A DNA stretch of 64,000 nucleotides from Chloroflexota bacterium. GTDB taxonomy: Bacteria > Chloroflexota > Limnocylindria > P2-11E. Position numbers and translations under genes: made by a program. A model generated the notes under the pieces. That model saw nothing but the letters and a program-made list of their open reading frames with translations. It searched no databases and was not told the origin of the DNA. The stretch is from the NCBI GenBank assembly GCA_038040265.1, contig JBBPIP010000003.1, positions 31,573-95,572 on the forward strand, written 5' to 3'. This document shows, one piece after another, positions 9,041 through 17,705 of the stretch. Numbering within the stretch: the stretch's first letter is position 1; each line of letters opens with the position of its first letter.

Positions 9041-10077
9041 ATCCGCACGCGGATCCGCGTCGGCCGCGCCGCGTTGTTGGCATATCCGAGAGCGTTCCAT
9101 CTGGGCGACTCGGGTTGCGCATTGCCATCGCGGTCGGTGGCTCGAGCGATCAGCACGTGATCGCCGGGATCGAGCGAGACGTGGAGCGCAAATTCGTGCC
9201 AGGCATGTGCAGCGGAGCTCGCCGGAAAAGTCGCCGAGCCCAGCGTCCTGCCCCCCTCGCTCAGTTCAACGCGGTCGACCGGAGCGCGTCCGGACCAGGC
9301 GAAGCCTCGGACCTCGATCGATGAGCCCTGGACATCGGCGCCGTCCGCCGGTGAGACGATCACCGCGCGCGGCTCGATGTTGCGGAGCGGCCGGCCTTCG
9401 ATGACGTAGCGATCCTTCTGGAAGAACCCATCGAATGGTCGATCCATCACCCTGATTTCGGCGAGCCATTTCACCGAAGCCATTCCGTACCACGTGGGCA
9501 CGATGAGACGGAGTGGTCCGCCGTGTTCGGGTGGAATGGGTTGACCATTCATCGCGTATGCCACGAGGACGTCGCCGCCGCGGGCGATCTCGATCGGAAG
9601 CGAACGCTCGTAGGCGATGCGTCTGCCCAGACCCTTTGGCACTCCTTCGTCCGCCCCGCGAAAGAGAACCTCGACCGCGGACGGAAGCCACGAGCCTCCG
9701 AGGACCGAGTCGAGCGGAGCGCCCGTCCATTCCGCCGTGCCCACCGCACCGAGGCCCCACTGCTCTCCGGGCGCGGGAGGGTCCAGGAATCTGCGCCCGT
9801 TGCCCGCGCACTCGAGCGTGACGGCAAGCGTGCGCGGAGGCAGCGCTCGGATCTCGTCGAGCGTCACCGATCTGGCGGTGGCGACGGCGCCGCCTATGCG
9901 GATCTCTTCTGGACCGACCGGAATACCGAAATGCGTTCGGACGTAGTGGCGGCCCGCGGGCACGATCGCTCCGTGTTGCCGATCGAGTTTGGTCTCTGCG
10001 TTCAGAGGTTGCTCGCTCAAGACGAGCAGATCGCGTTCGGGCACAAGGTCAGTCTGCCAGCGGCAGCGGACTAGCAT
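9037..10077 (-). CDS. sulfite-oxidase family molybdopterin oxidoreductase (cytoplasmic, with dimerisation domain)
   Basis: It has the LECAGNGR Mo-cysteine motif and HGGPLRLIVP, plus a C-terminal Ig-like dimerisation domain. There is no signal peptide. Confidence 0.85.
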   Translation of the reverse strand: MLVRCRWQTDLVPERDLLVLSEQPLNAETKLDRQHGAIVPAGRHYVRTHFGIPVGPEEIRIGGAVATARSVTLDEIRALPPRTLAVTLECAGNGRRFLDPPAPGEQWGLGAVGTAEWTGAPLDSVLGGSWLPSAVEVLFRGADEGVPKGLGRRIAYERSLPIEIARGGDVLVAYAMNGQPIPPEHGGPLRLIVPTWYGMASVKWLAEIRVMDRPFDGFFQKDRYVIEGRPLRNIEPRAVIVSPADGADVQGSSIEVRGFAWSGRAPVDRVELSEGGRTLGSATFPASSAAHAWHEFALHVSLDPGDHVLIARATDRDGNAQPESPRWNALGYANNAARPTRIRVRI

Positions 10078-10085
10078 CGCGAGGG

Positions 10086-11068
10086 ATGCCCAGGCGGCTA
10101 GCGAACCTAGCCCTTCTCTCCGCGGTGACCTCGCTTCTCGTCAGTGGCGTGATCGCGTGGCTGCTCCCCGATGACGCCGCGGGCTTTCTCTTTGTCGTGC
10201 ATCGCGTCGCCGGGATCACCCTGGCGCTCGCACTCGTGTGGAAGTACGCGATCGCGCGGCGGTCACTCCGCCGGCGCGGGCTCTCCGGCGACGGGGTGTG
10301 GATCGGGCTCCTGACCGCGACCGCGACCGTAGCGACGGTCGGCCTCGGCCTCGCGTGGACCGCCGGGTTCGTCTCCTTCGATCGACCCTTCGGATATTCC
10401 GCGTTGAACCTGCACGTCATCGCCGGCCTGGTGCTGGGAGCGCTCGTCGTCGCTCACGCCCTCAAGCGCGGAGAGTCCCGCCCGGCGCTCGTGACGCTCG
10501 TCGGCCGTCGCGCCGCGGTCCGCGGGCTCGGGCTGCTCGCCGCCTCACTCGTCGTGAGCGTTGTGCTCGATCGGGTCGCGCTCGCACGGCGCGCGAGCGG
10601 ATCGCGCCACGCGGGCTCGTTCACAGGCAATGCGTTCCCCGTGACGATCTGAGCCTCGACAGCGTGCCCAGCGTGGACGTCGCGACCTGGCGTCTTCGAG
10701 TCCGAGGAGGAGCTGCCCCTCCGGTCGACCTTTCGTATGCCGATATCGCGGCTCTTCCTCACCGCGAGGCATCGGTCGTGCTCGATTGCACCGGCGGTTG
10801 GTGGAGCGAGCAGGTCTGGTCGGGCGTTTCGCTATCGGAGCTGCTCAACAGGACCGGGATGAGCGAGGCTGCGACACGTGTCGAGGTGATCTCCGTTACC
10901 GGTCATCGATGGACGTTCGACCGCTCGGATGCCGAACAGGCGATTCTGGCGACGCATGTCGGTGGAGAGCCCCTGTCGGCTGGACACGGGTATCCGCTCC
11001 GCCTCGTTATCCCAGGTCTTCGCGGATTCTTATGGATCAAGTGGGTCGGAGAGGTCTTCACGGCCTGA
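10086..11068 (+). pseudogene. membrane-anchored molybdopterin-dependent oxidoreductase (YedY/MsrP-like domain), frame-shifted near 10645
   Basis: ORF 10086..10652 contains the TM helices and ends ...SFTGNAFPVTI*. The Mo domain (LSLDSVPSVDVATWRLRV...LDCTGGWW...GHGYPLRLVIPG) continues in the frame of ORF 10238..11068. One base appears to be missing. Confidence 0.6.
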
Positions 11069-11093
11069 GAATGCGAGCGGTGGGTCTGACATC

Positions 11094-12062
11094 CTGAGAC
11101 GCCTTCTTCCAGTCTCCGTGGCGGTGGTGGCCGTCTCGGTGGCGATCCTTCTGGTCGCGAACACCGCGATGAGCGGCATCCAGCTCGGCGGAATCAGGAT
11201 CGGACCCGTCGTGGGACCGCGAGCGGATCCGAATTACGTGCCGGCCGGAGCGCCGCTTGGGATGATCGGTGCCGACCCTGATGATCCGGACGATCCCTGG
11301 TCGGCGGCCGCGCCGCCAGGCGGTGTGATCGTCCAAACGCCGGGACCGACGGCGGCTCCGAACGCCACCGGCACGCTCCGGATCCCCGTGCCGAAGAACG
11401 TTCCGACCGGTCCGCGGCGCGTCGCAATCCAGGCCGGCCACTGGAAGAGCGATGAAGCGCCCGACGAGCTCCGGCGTCTCATACCGCAGACCGGCGCCGA
11501 GTGGGAAGGCGTGACCGAGGTCGAGATCAACCTCGATATCGCTCAGCGCGTCGGAGTCATTCTCAACTCGAAGGGAATCGCGGTGGACATCCTGCCGACG
11601 ACTATCCCCGTTGGCTATGTGGCCGACGCGTTCGTGGCATTGCATGGAGACAGTGACGGAGTTGGCGTGGCGAGCGGATTCAAGATGGCGCACGGTGCGC
11701 GACGCGGACCGTACGAGGACGCGCTACTGACTGACATCAAGGACGCGTATGGCGCAGCGACCGGACTTGATTACGACGCCACCCGAATCAGCCGTAGCAT
11801 GACTGGCTACTTCGCTTTCAACTGGAGCCGATTCCAACACGCCGTCGCCGCACATACTCCGGCGGTGATTCTGGAGATGGGTTACGTCTCGAATGACGAT
11901 GATCGGGCGCTGATGCTCGATCGCGCTGATCTAGTTGCGAGCGCGATCGCGGCTGGGATTACGAAATTCCTCGACGAAGCCCCACGGTCGAAGCTCTTCG
12001 GTCAGGACCTTGTGGTGCCGGCGTTTCCATCGAGGCCTTCGCGTCCGAGCGCGACTCCCTGA
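11094..12062 (+). CDS. N-acetylmuramoyl-L-alanine amidase (Amidase_3 family), membrane-anchored
   Basis: An N-terminal anchor is followed by RRVAIQAGHW...ALHGDS...VILEMGYVSN. The start (CTG 11094 or GTG 11118) is uncertain. Confidence 0.75.
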   Translation: MRRLLPVSVAVVAVSVAILLVANTAMSGIQLGGIRIGPVVGPRADPNYVPAGAPLGMIGADPDDPDDPWSAAAPPGGVIVQTPGPTAAPNATGTLRIPVPKNVPTGPRRVAIQAGHWKSDEAPDELRRLIPQTGAEWEGVTEVEINLDIAQRVGVILNSKGIAVDILPTTIPVGYVADAFVALHGDSDGVGVASGFKMAHGARRGPYEDALLTDIKDAYGAATGLDYDATRISRSMTGYFAFNWSRFQHAVAAHTPAVILEMGYVSNDDDRALMLDRADLVASAIAAGITKFLDEAPRSKLFGQDLVVPAFPSRPSRPSATP

Positions 12063-12234
12063 GTGCTACTCTTCTCCCGCGACCATCGGGTCGACAAATT
12101 CAAGGAGGCCGTTGAATGAGCGTTCGAATCGCGCGTGACGCCGCCGGCCTCCTCATCGCGGGAGCGCGCGGCAGCTTCTAGCGCCACGCGCGCGACGGCC
12201 GCACCCATCGACGTGTCTCCAACACGGAGGACGC

Positions 12235-12975
12235 GTGCCCGCATTGTTCCCAAGCGACTGGCTTGCCGACGCACCCTATGAAGATCGCGACCTCGGCGTG
12301 CTCAAGGCCGGCAAAGAGAGCGAGGTTTACCTTGTCTCCCGGACCGGCCCTACCCGCACGTGCCTCATGGCGGAGAAGCGGTTCAAGCCGCGGCTTCAGC
12401 GCGGCTTCCGCAACGACTACCTGTACGTCGGCGTATGGGGGGAGGGCACCCGCCATGAAGACCGTGCGATGAAGAAGCGAACCCGCTACGGCCAGGAGCA
12501 TCTGCACGCGCGCTGGATAGAGCACGAGTGGTCGACGCTCGTGCGACTCGACGCGGCGGGCGTCACCGTTCCTCCCCCGGTCGAACGTGTCGAGGAGGGC
12601 TATCGGATGGCGTTCATTGGCGACGGCGATCGCGCGGCGCCGCGCCTCTCGGACGTCGACCTCGACCTCGTGACCGCGAGGCGGGTTTGGCGAGAGCTGC
12701 AGCGCGAGATCCAGCGGATCCTGGACGCCGAGCTCGTGCACGGCGACCTCTCGGCCTTCAACGTACTGTGGTGGCACGAGCGCCCGGTGATCATCGACTT
12801 CTCGCAGACGGTCGACGCGGTCGTGCATCCGGCTGCGCGCGAGCTCCTGAGGCGCGACGTCGAGCGCACCGCCGGTTACTTCCGCCGACAGGGCGTGGCG
12901 GTGGACCTCGACGCCGCTTTGGCACTGGTCGGGGACTCCCCGGCGCGCTTTGCGCACCAGGTTTTGTCATCCTGA
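12235..12975 (+). CDS. RIO-type serine protein kinase
   Basis: It contains GKESEVY, HGDLSAFNVLW and IIDFSQ. The 259-aa antisense ORF 12178..12957 was rejected. Confidence 0.85.
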   Translation: MPALFPSDWLADAPYEDRDLGVLKAGKESEVYLVSRTGPTRTCLMAEKRFKPRLQRGFRNDYLYVGVWGEGTRHEDRAMKKRTRYGQEHLHARWIEHEWSTLVRLDAAGVTVPPPVERVEEGYRMAFIGDGDRAAPRLSDVDLDLVTARRVWRELQREIQRILDAELVHGDLSAFNVLWWHERPVIIDFSQTVDAVVHPAARELLRRDVERTAGYFRRQGVAVDLDAALALVGDSPARFAHQVLSS

Positions 12976-12979
12976 GCAT

Positions 12980-13492
12980 GTGTTCGGCCTGACGACGCCC
13001 TGGTGGGAGATCATCCTCCGCACCGCCGTCGTCTACGTGGTCGTGCTTTTCCTGCTTCGGGTCGCCGGAAAGCGCGAGCTGGGGCAGATGAGCCCGGTCG
13101 ATCTCGTCGTGATCCTCGTCATCGCGAACGCCGTCCAGAACGCGATGACCGGCGGCGACAACTCACTGATCGGCGGCATCATCGCGGCCACGACGCTCGT
13201 CGCGGTGAACACGGCATTCGCGCGGGTCGGCCACCGGGTCCCGTATCTTCAGCATCTCTTCGAGAGCGAAGCCACTCCGCTGGTGCAGCGCGGGAAGCTG
13301 ATCAAGCGCAACCTCGAGCGCGAGAACGTCGAGGAGGCGGAACTCATGATGGCCGTGCGCGAGCACGGCATCGAAGACATCGCGGGTGTCGAGGCCGCGT
13401 ACCTCGAGCGCGACGGCTCGATCAGCATCATCCCCAAGGGAGCGCCCGGAAAAACAGGTAGCCGCCACATCCGTCAGTTCCGCCAACACTGA
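12980..13492 (+). CDS. DUF421 (YetF-like) membrane protein
   Basis: The GTG 12980 start lies just after the RIO stop. N-terminal TM helices are followed by a conserved C-terminal soluble part. Confidence 0.75.
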   Translation: MFGLTTPWWEIILRTAVVYVVVLFLLRVAGKRELGQMSPVDLVVILVIANAVQNAMTGGDNSLIGGIIAATTLVAVNTAFARVGHRVPYLQHLFESEATPLVQRGKLIKRNLERENVEEAELMMAVREHGIEDIAGVEAAYLERDGSISIIPKGAPGKTGSRHIRQFRQH

Positions 13493-13496
13493 GCGC

Positions 13497-14768
13497 GTGA
13501 GTCGCTTCCCGCCACCTGGCCTCGCGCCGCTGGGCCACCGCAACTACGCGCTTTACTGGGTCGGCCAGCTCGTCTCGATGTCGGGCACGTGGATCGAGCT
13601 CACGGCGACTTCATGGCTCATTTATCAGCTGACCGATTCACCGTTCCTTCTCGGGCTCAACGGGGTCTTCCGTGCCGCTCCGCTCTTCGCGTTCGCGCTC
13701 ATCGGCGGGACCGTAGCCGACCGGGTCGAGCGGCGGCGGCTTCTCCTCGTCACGCAAAGCATGTCGGTGGTCACGTCGCTCCTGCTCGGCACCCTCGTCG
13801 TGACCGGCCACGTCGCGTTCTGGCACGTGTACCTGATCAGCCTCGTCAATGCGACGATCGCCGCATTCGACGCGCCCGGCCGCCAGTCGCTCTTTCCCAT
13901 GCTCGTCCCGCGAGCACAGCTTCAGAACGCGATCACGCTGAACGCGATGCTTTTCCAGGCCGGGCAACTGGTCGGCCCCGCCGTCGCCGGAGTTCTGATC
14001 GCTCGGGTGGGGGTCGCGTCACCGTTTTTCGTAAACGCGATCAGCTATTTCGCGATCATCGGCGCGCTTCTGGCGATGCGGATAGCCCCGATCGCGTCGC
14101 ATGGGCCGCGGGGATCACTTCGTGCGGAGCTCGTCGGGGGACTTCGCTACGTGCGAGCCAGCGCAATCCTTCCGGTGATCCTCGCGATCGAGGCGGTCTT
14201 CTCGATCTTTGGACATAACCAAACACTCATGACGATCTTTGCGCGCGACGTTCTCGGTCAGGGAGCCGAAGGTCTGGGGCTGCTCCTGTCGAGCATTGGC
14301 GCAGGCGCCATTGTCGGCATGGTGGTCCTGATCCTCGTCGGCGACATCCAGCGCAAGGGCGCGTTCATGCTCGCGTCGGGCGCGATGTACGGATTGACTC
14401 TGCTCGTCTTCGCATGGTCCCGATCGTTCCCGCTTTCGGTCGCGGTGCTCGCACTGCTCGGGTTCGCGGATGCCACGTGGGGCACGATGCGCAACGCGAT
14501 CGCGCAGCTCGCCGCGGGGGACGCGTACCGCGGTCGCGTGATGTCCCTCATCGTGATGGTCTCGCGCGGGCTCACGAGCGCCTCGCAGGTCGAGACCGGA
14601 GTGGCGGCGGCGCTGCTGGGAGCCCCGGGCGCGGCGACCATCGGCGCGGTCGCCATCGCAGGGACGGTAGCCGCCGCCGCCGCGCGGGCGAAAGCCCTGC
14701 GAGACTTCATTGCGCCTGGTCCGCGGCGGCAGGTTCCGCAGGTGGCGCCGGCAGGAGGGGAGTCATGA
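13497..14768 (+). CDS. MFS transporter (EntS/MFS_3-like)
   Basis: GTG 13497. The sequence reads LGHRNYALYWVGQLVSMSGTW... followed by 12 TM segments. Confidence 0.85.
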   Translation: MSRFPPPGLAPLGHRNYALYWVGQLVSMSGTWIELTATSWLIYQLTDSPFLLGLNGVFRAAPLFAFALIGGTVADRVERRRLLLVTQSMSVVTSLLLGTLVVTGHVAFWHVYLISLVNATIAAFDAPGRQSLFPMLVPRAQLQNAITLNAMLFQAGQLVGPAVAGVLIARVGVASPFFVNAISYFAIIGALLAMRIAPIASHGPRGSLRAELVGGLRYVRASAILPVILAIEAVFSIFGHNQTLMTIFARDVLGQGAEGLGLLLSSIGAGAIVGMVVLILVGDIQRKGAFMLASGAMYGLTLLVFAWSRSFPLSVAVLALLGFADATWGTMRNAIAQLAAGDAYRGRVMSLIVMVSRGLTSASQVETGVAAALLGAPGAATIGAVAIAGTVAAAAARAKALRDFIAPGPRRQVPQVAPAGGES

Positions 14769-15766
14769 GTCCCGCTAAGAAGAGCGCGCCAAAGAAGGCC
14801 GCGACGCGCAAGACGACCCGCCGCAAGCGCGGTCCGGCCGAGCCGCGTGGGCCCGACGCGCGTGAGTCGGCGCTCGACCGCGGCGACGAGCACATCGTGG
14901 GTCTCACCGAGCGGGTGGAAAGAGCGAAGGGCTCGGTCCTCGCCGCCTATCGCGATCCGTACGCGGGACTGCCCCTCGTGCTGGCATCGCTCCCGATCGG
15001 GAGCGTCGAGGCGACGCCTTTCCAACGCGACCTTTCGAAGACCCACGCGGATCGCCTCGCGATCGCGATCGGGGCATCGGGTCTGTTCCTGGATCCCGTC
15101 ATCGCGATACCGAGCGCCGACGGCTTCTGGTCTCCGAACGGACGCCACCGCCTCGCGGCCGCGAGGCAGCTTGGACTGCGCTCGATCACGGCGCTTCTGA
15201 CGGACGACCCGGCGCTCGCCTATCGCATTCTTGCGCTCAACACCGAGAAAGCGCACAACCTGCGCGACCGCGCGCTCGAGGTCATCCGCATGGCGCGCCA
15301 GCTCGCGAAGGACGCGCCGCGCTCGAAGGAGTCGGAGCACGCGACGAGCTTTGAGTCGCCGGCGTTTCTCACCCTCGGTGCCGCCTATGAAAAGCGCGAT
15401 CGGTTCGCCGGTTCGTCGTACAACTCGATGCTCCGGCGCGTGGATCGTTTTCTCGACACGTCGCTGCCGGCGGCGCTCCGCCAGCGGGAGCAATGGGCCG
15501 TGCGTCTGATGGACATCGACGATCGCGTTGCGGTCCACGTGAAGACACTTCAGGAGCGGGGGTTGAAGAGCCCATACCTCCGGGCGGTCATCGTCGCGCG
15601 CTGCAATCCGGTCCGCTGGGTCCCCGCAAAGAAAGGCGAGCTGCCACCTATGACGATGGCCGAGCTGCTGACGCGAATGACCGCCAACCTCCGGAAATTC
15701 GATCCCTCCAAGGTGAGGCCTCAGGACCTGGCGATCGTCGCCGCGGTGGCGCCAGAAGAGGGCTAA
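14765..15766 (+). CDS. ParB/sulfiredoxin-like N-terminal domain protein
   Basis: ATG 14765 overlaps the MFS stop (ATGA). It has a basic N-terminus and then ...PFQRDL...SPNGRHRLAAARQLG.... Confidence 0.7.
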   Translation: MSPAKKSAPKKAATRKTTRRKRGPAEPRGPDARESALDRGDEHIVGLTERVERAKGSVLAAYRDPYAGLPLVLASLPIGSVEATPFQRDLSKTHADRLAIAIGASGLFLDPVIAIPSADGFWSPNGRHRLAAARQLGLRSITALLTDDPALAYRILALNTEKAHNLRDRALEVIRMARQLAKDAPRSKESEHATSFESPAFLTLGAAYEKRDRFAGSSYNSMLRRVDRFLDTSLPAALRQREQWAVRLMDIDDRVAVHVKTLQERGLKSPYLRAVIVARCNPVRWVPAKKGELPPMTMAELLTRMTANLRKFDPSKVRPQDLAIVAAVAPEEG

Positions 15767-15769
15767 CCG

Positions 15770-16282
15770 TCATCGTCCTAGCGCGAGCCCAGCCGCGGCG
15801 CCGATCGCGATAACGATCGCGGGATGCAGCGTTCCGCGGTATGTGAGAACTGTTCCGATCGCGGCGAGCGCGAGCTGCCACCAGGAAGGAGCTCCGGTGG
15901 CCGTCACGATGCCGATCCCTGTCGCGACCAACAGCCCGGCGGTCGCGAGAGCGACGCCGCGCACGAGCCCGGCGACCGGAGGTGCGAGAAGCCAGCGCCG
16001 TGCGACCGCGGTGATCGGCACGATCACGAGCGGCGGAATTGATGCGGCGAGCAACGCCATGGTGGCGCCGACGACACCGGCGACGAGGTAGCCGAGGCTG
16101 ACGATGTAGAGACCATTCGGGCCGGTCGAGATGCGCCCGATGGCGATCGCCTGCACGACCTGGTCGTCGGTGGCGATCCCCGGCGCGACCAGATCGGCGC
16201 GCAGGAGCGGCAGTGACGACAGTCCGCCAAGCGACAGCGCGGAAGCTTTGAGGAAGACACCAAAGAGCGCGAGCCCGTCCAT
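15770..16282 (-). CDS. chromate transporter family protein (short ChrA, second of a pair)
   Basis: Starts MDGLALFGVFLKASALSLGGLSSLPLL... ATG 16282 lies 2 nt after the upstream gene's stop. Confidence 0.8.
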   Translation of the reverse strand: MDGLALFGVFLKASALSLGGLSSLPLLRADLVAPGIATDDQVVQAIAIGRISTGPNGLYIVSLGYLVAGVVGATMALLAASIPPLVIVPITAVARRWLLAPPVAGLVRGVALATAGLLVATGIGIVTATGAPSWWQLALAAIGTVLTYRGTLHPAIVIAIGAAAGLALGR

Positions 16283-16284
16283 CG

Positions 16285-16849
16285 CTAGCCCACCGAGCTC
16301 TCGCGCGAGGTCGGCCGCTCGCGACCGAGCGCGAGAGCGCCGATCGCGGCGCCGGCTCCGATCGTGGCCAGCGTCGGTACTCCCATGTACACGGCCGAGA
16401 GGACCGCGGCGATGCAGACCGCGACATCGATCGCAAGATGTGTCCGTCCGTGCCGAGCCGCGCACGAGCAGAGCGGCGGTCGCGATCGTCATCCCTCCGG
16501 TCACGGGCGCGATGCCGGCGAGTGCGGCGCGCGCCATCGGCGATGCAGCGATGAGCCCGTACGCGGCCGTCAGCGCGACCGTGATCGCAGCCGCGGGGAT
16601 CATCATTCCGGCGACCGCCGCCGCGACTCCGCGCCAACCCGCGGCGCGCCGTCCGATCAATCCCGCGAGCGCTACGAGGTGGATACCCGGCGAGAGCTGC
16701 GACAGCGCCCACGCCTCACCAAATTCGCGTGGGCTCATCCAACGCTCGCGCTCGACGGCGAGGCGTCGAATCAGTAGCAAAGTACTAGTACCGCCGCCCA
16801 CGGATTGCGTTCCGACCGTCACCCAAGAGCGGGTCAACCTCGCCAACAT
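16285..16849 (-). pseudogene. chromate transporter family protein (short ChrA, first of a pair), frame-shifted near 16440
   Basis: The N-terminal part (...SVGGGTSTLLLIRRLAVERERWMSPREFGEAWALSQLSPG...) is in the frame of ORF 15770..16906. The C-terminal part (HLAIDVAVCIAAVLSAVYMGVPTLATIGAGAAIGALALGRE...*) is in another frame. The shift falls at the cggacggac repeat. The span of 565 nt is not a multiple of 3. Confidence 0.6.
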
Positions 16850-17702
16850 GGCCGTTAACCTAGCGGTGATGGATGTGGTGGGTCGCCAGGAAGCTCCTGT
16901 CTTCACCTGGAATCCGGTCGAACAGATGTGGGTCCAGGAACGTGGCGGCGCGGCTAAACCGCCCCCGGCCCCGCATGACGTTCACGCGATCCAAACATGG
17001 TTCCTCGATTCGGACGAGAACGAGTGGATCCAAACGGTCCTTGGTCCAATGGGCCGTCAGCTCGCCGCGCAATGGCGAGGTGCGTACCGCGTGCCGGACA
17101 CCGCGATCTCACGTCCGGCGAAGACCGCGACGAAGCGGAGTCCGCTGCCGATCCTCATCGCTGGTGTGGTTTTGATCGCGCTCATCGGCGGCGTTGCCGT
17201 CGCGGCCCCCGGGCTCATGAATCCGACCGCGACGCCGACGCCTTCAGGCCCGGTCGCTGTGACAGGTGCTACCGGTCCCGACCCCTCGACCGCGCCGACC
17301 GCGCCGACCGCGGCGCCGACTGCAGAGCCGACGCCCGAGCCAACTCAAGCCCCGGCTACTCCGGTACCCGCGACCGCACGTCCTCGTCCGGCCGGGCCGT
17401 CGTACACGTTGAAGAACGGCACGGTCGTGACCTACACGGGACCTCTCAGCGCGGTGCGGAATGCGACGCTTCCCGCATCGTTTGCCGTGGTGCTCGCGAA
17501 CGGTCGGGTCGGCGGCGGCTCGTTCGGCGTCTTCATGGAGGACCCGAGCTCAGCGGCGAACCGTCGTGCCATGAACGGAACGCTCGATGGCAACGGCCGC
17601 ATCCTGCTGCAGGTACCCACGAACGTCGTCGCCGGCGCATACCAGCTCCTGTTCTCTTACGGCGGAGAGACCGCCCAGATCGCGACCGTCTCGGTCCGCT
17701 AG
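16848..17702 (+). CDS. hypothetical single-pass membrane protein with a Pro/Thr-rich linker
   Basis: This is the real part of ORF 16131..17702. A cytoplasmic N-terminus is followed by the TM segment LPILIAGVVLIALIGGVAVAA, a PT-rich linker and a beta-rich C-domain. The start is ATG 16848 or ATG 16869. Confidence 0.55.
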   Translation: MAVNLAVMDVVGRQEAPVFTWNPVEQMWVQERGGAAKPPPAPHDVHAIQTWFLDSDENEWIQTVLGPMGRQLAAQWRGAYRVPDTAISRPAKTATKRSPLPILIAGVVLIALIGGVAVAAPGLMNPTATPTPSGPVAVTGATGPDPSTAPTAPTAAPTAEPTPEPTQAPATPVPATARPRPAGPSYTLKNGTVVTYTGPLSAVRNATLPASFAVVLANGRVGGGSFGVFMEDPSSAANRRAMNGTLDGNGRILLQVPTNVVAGAYQLLFSYGGETAQIATVSVR

Positions 17703-17705
17703 CTC

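Noticed and set aside
10640-10650. Programmed ribosomal frameshifting at the Mo-oxidoreductase break (and likewise at gltA, about 57451)
   Set aside because: There is no slippery heptamer of the X-XXY-YYZ type and no obvious downstream pseudoknot. A simple indel is more parsimonious.
14258-15538. 426-aa minus-strand ORF spanning the MFS/ParB junction
   Set aside because: Its Arg/Ala/Pro-rich composition is that of junk sequence, and it crosses two well-supported plus-strand genes.
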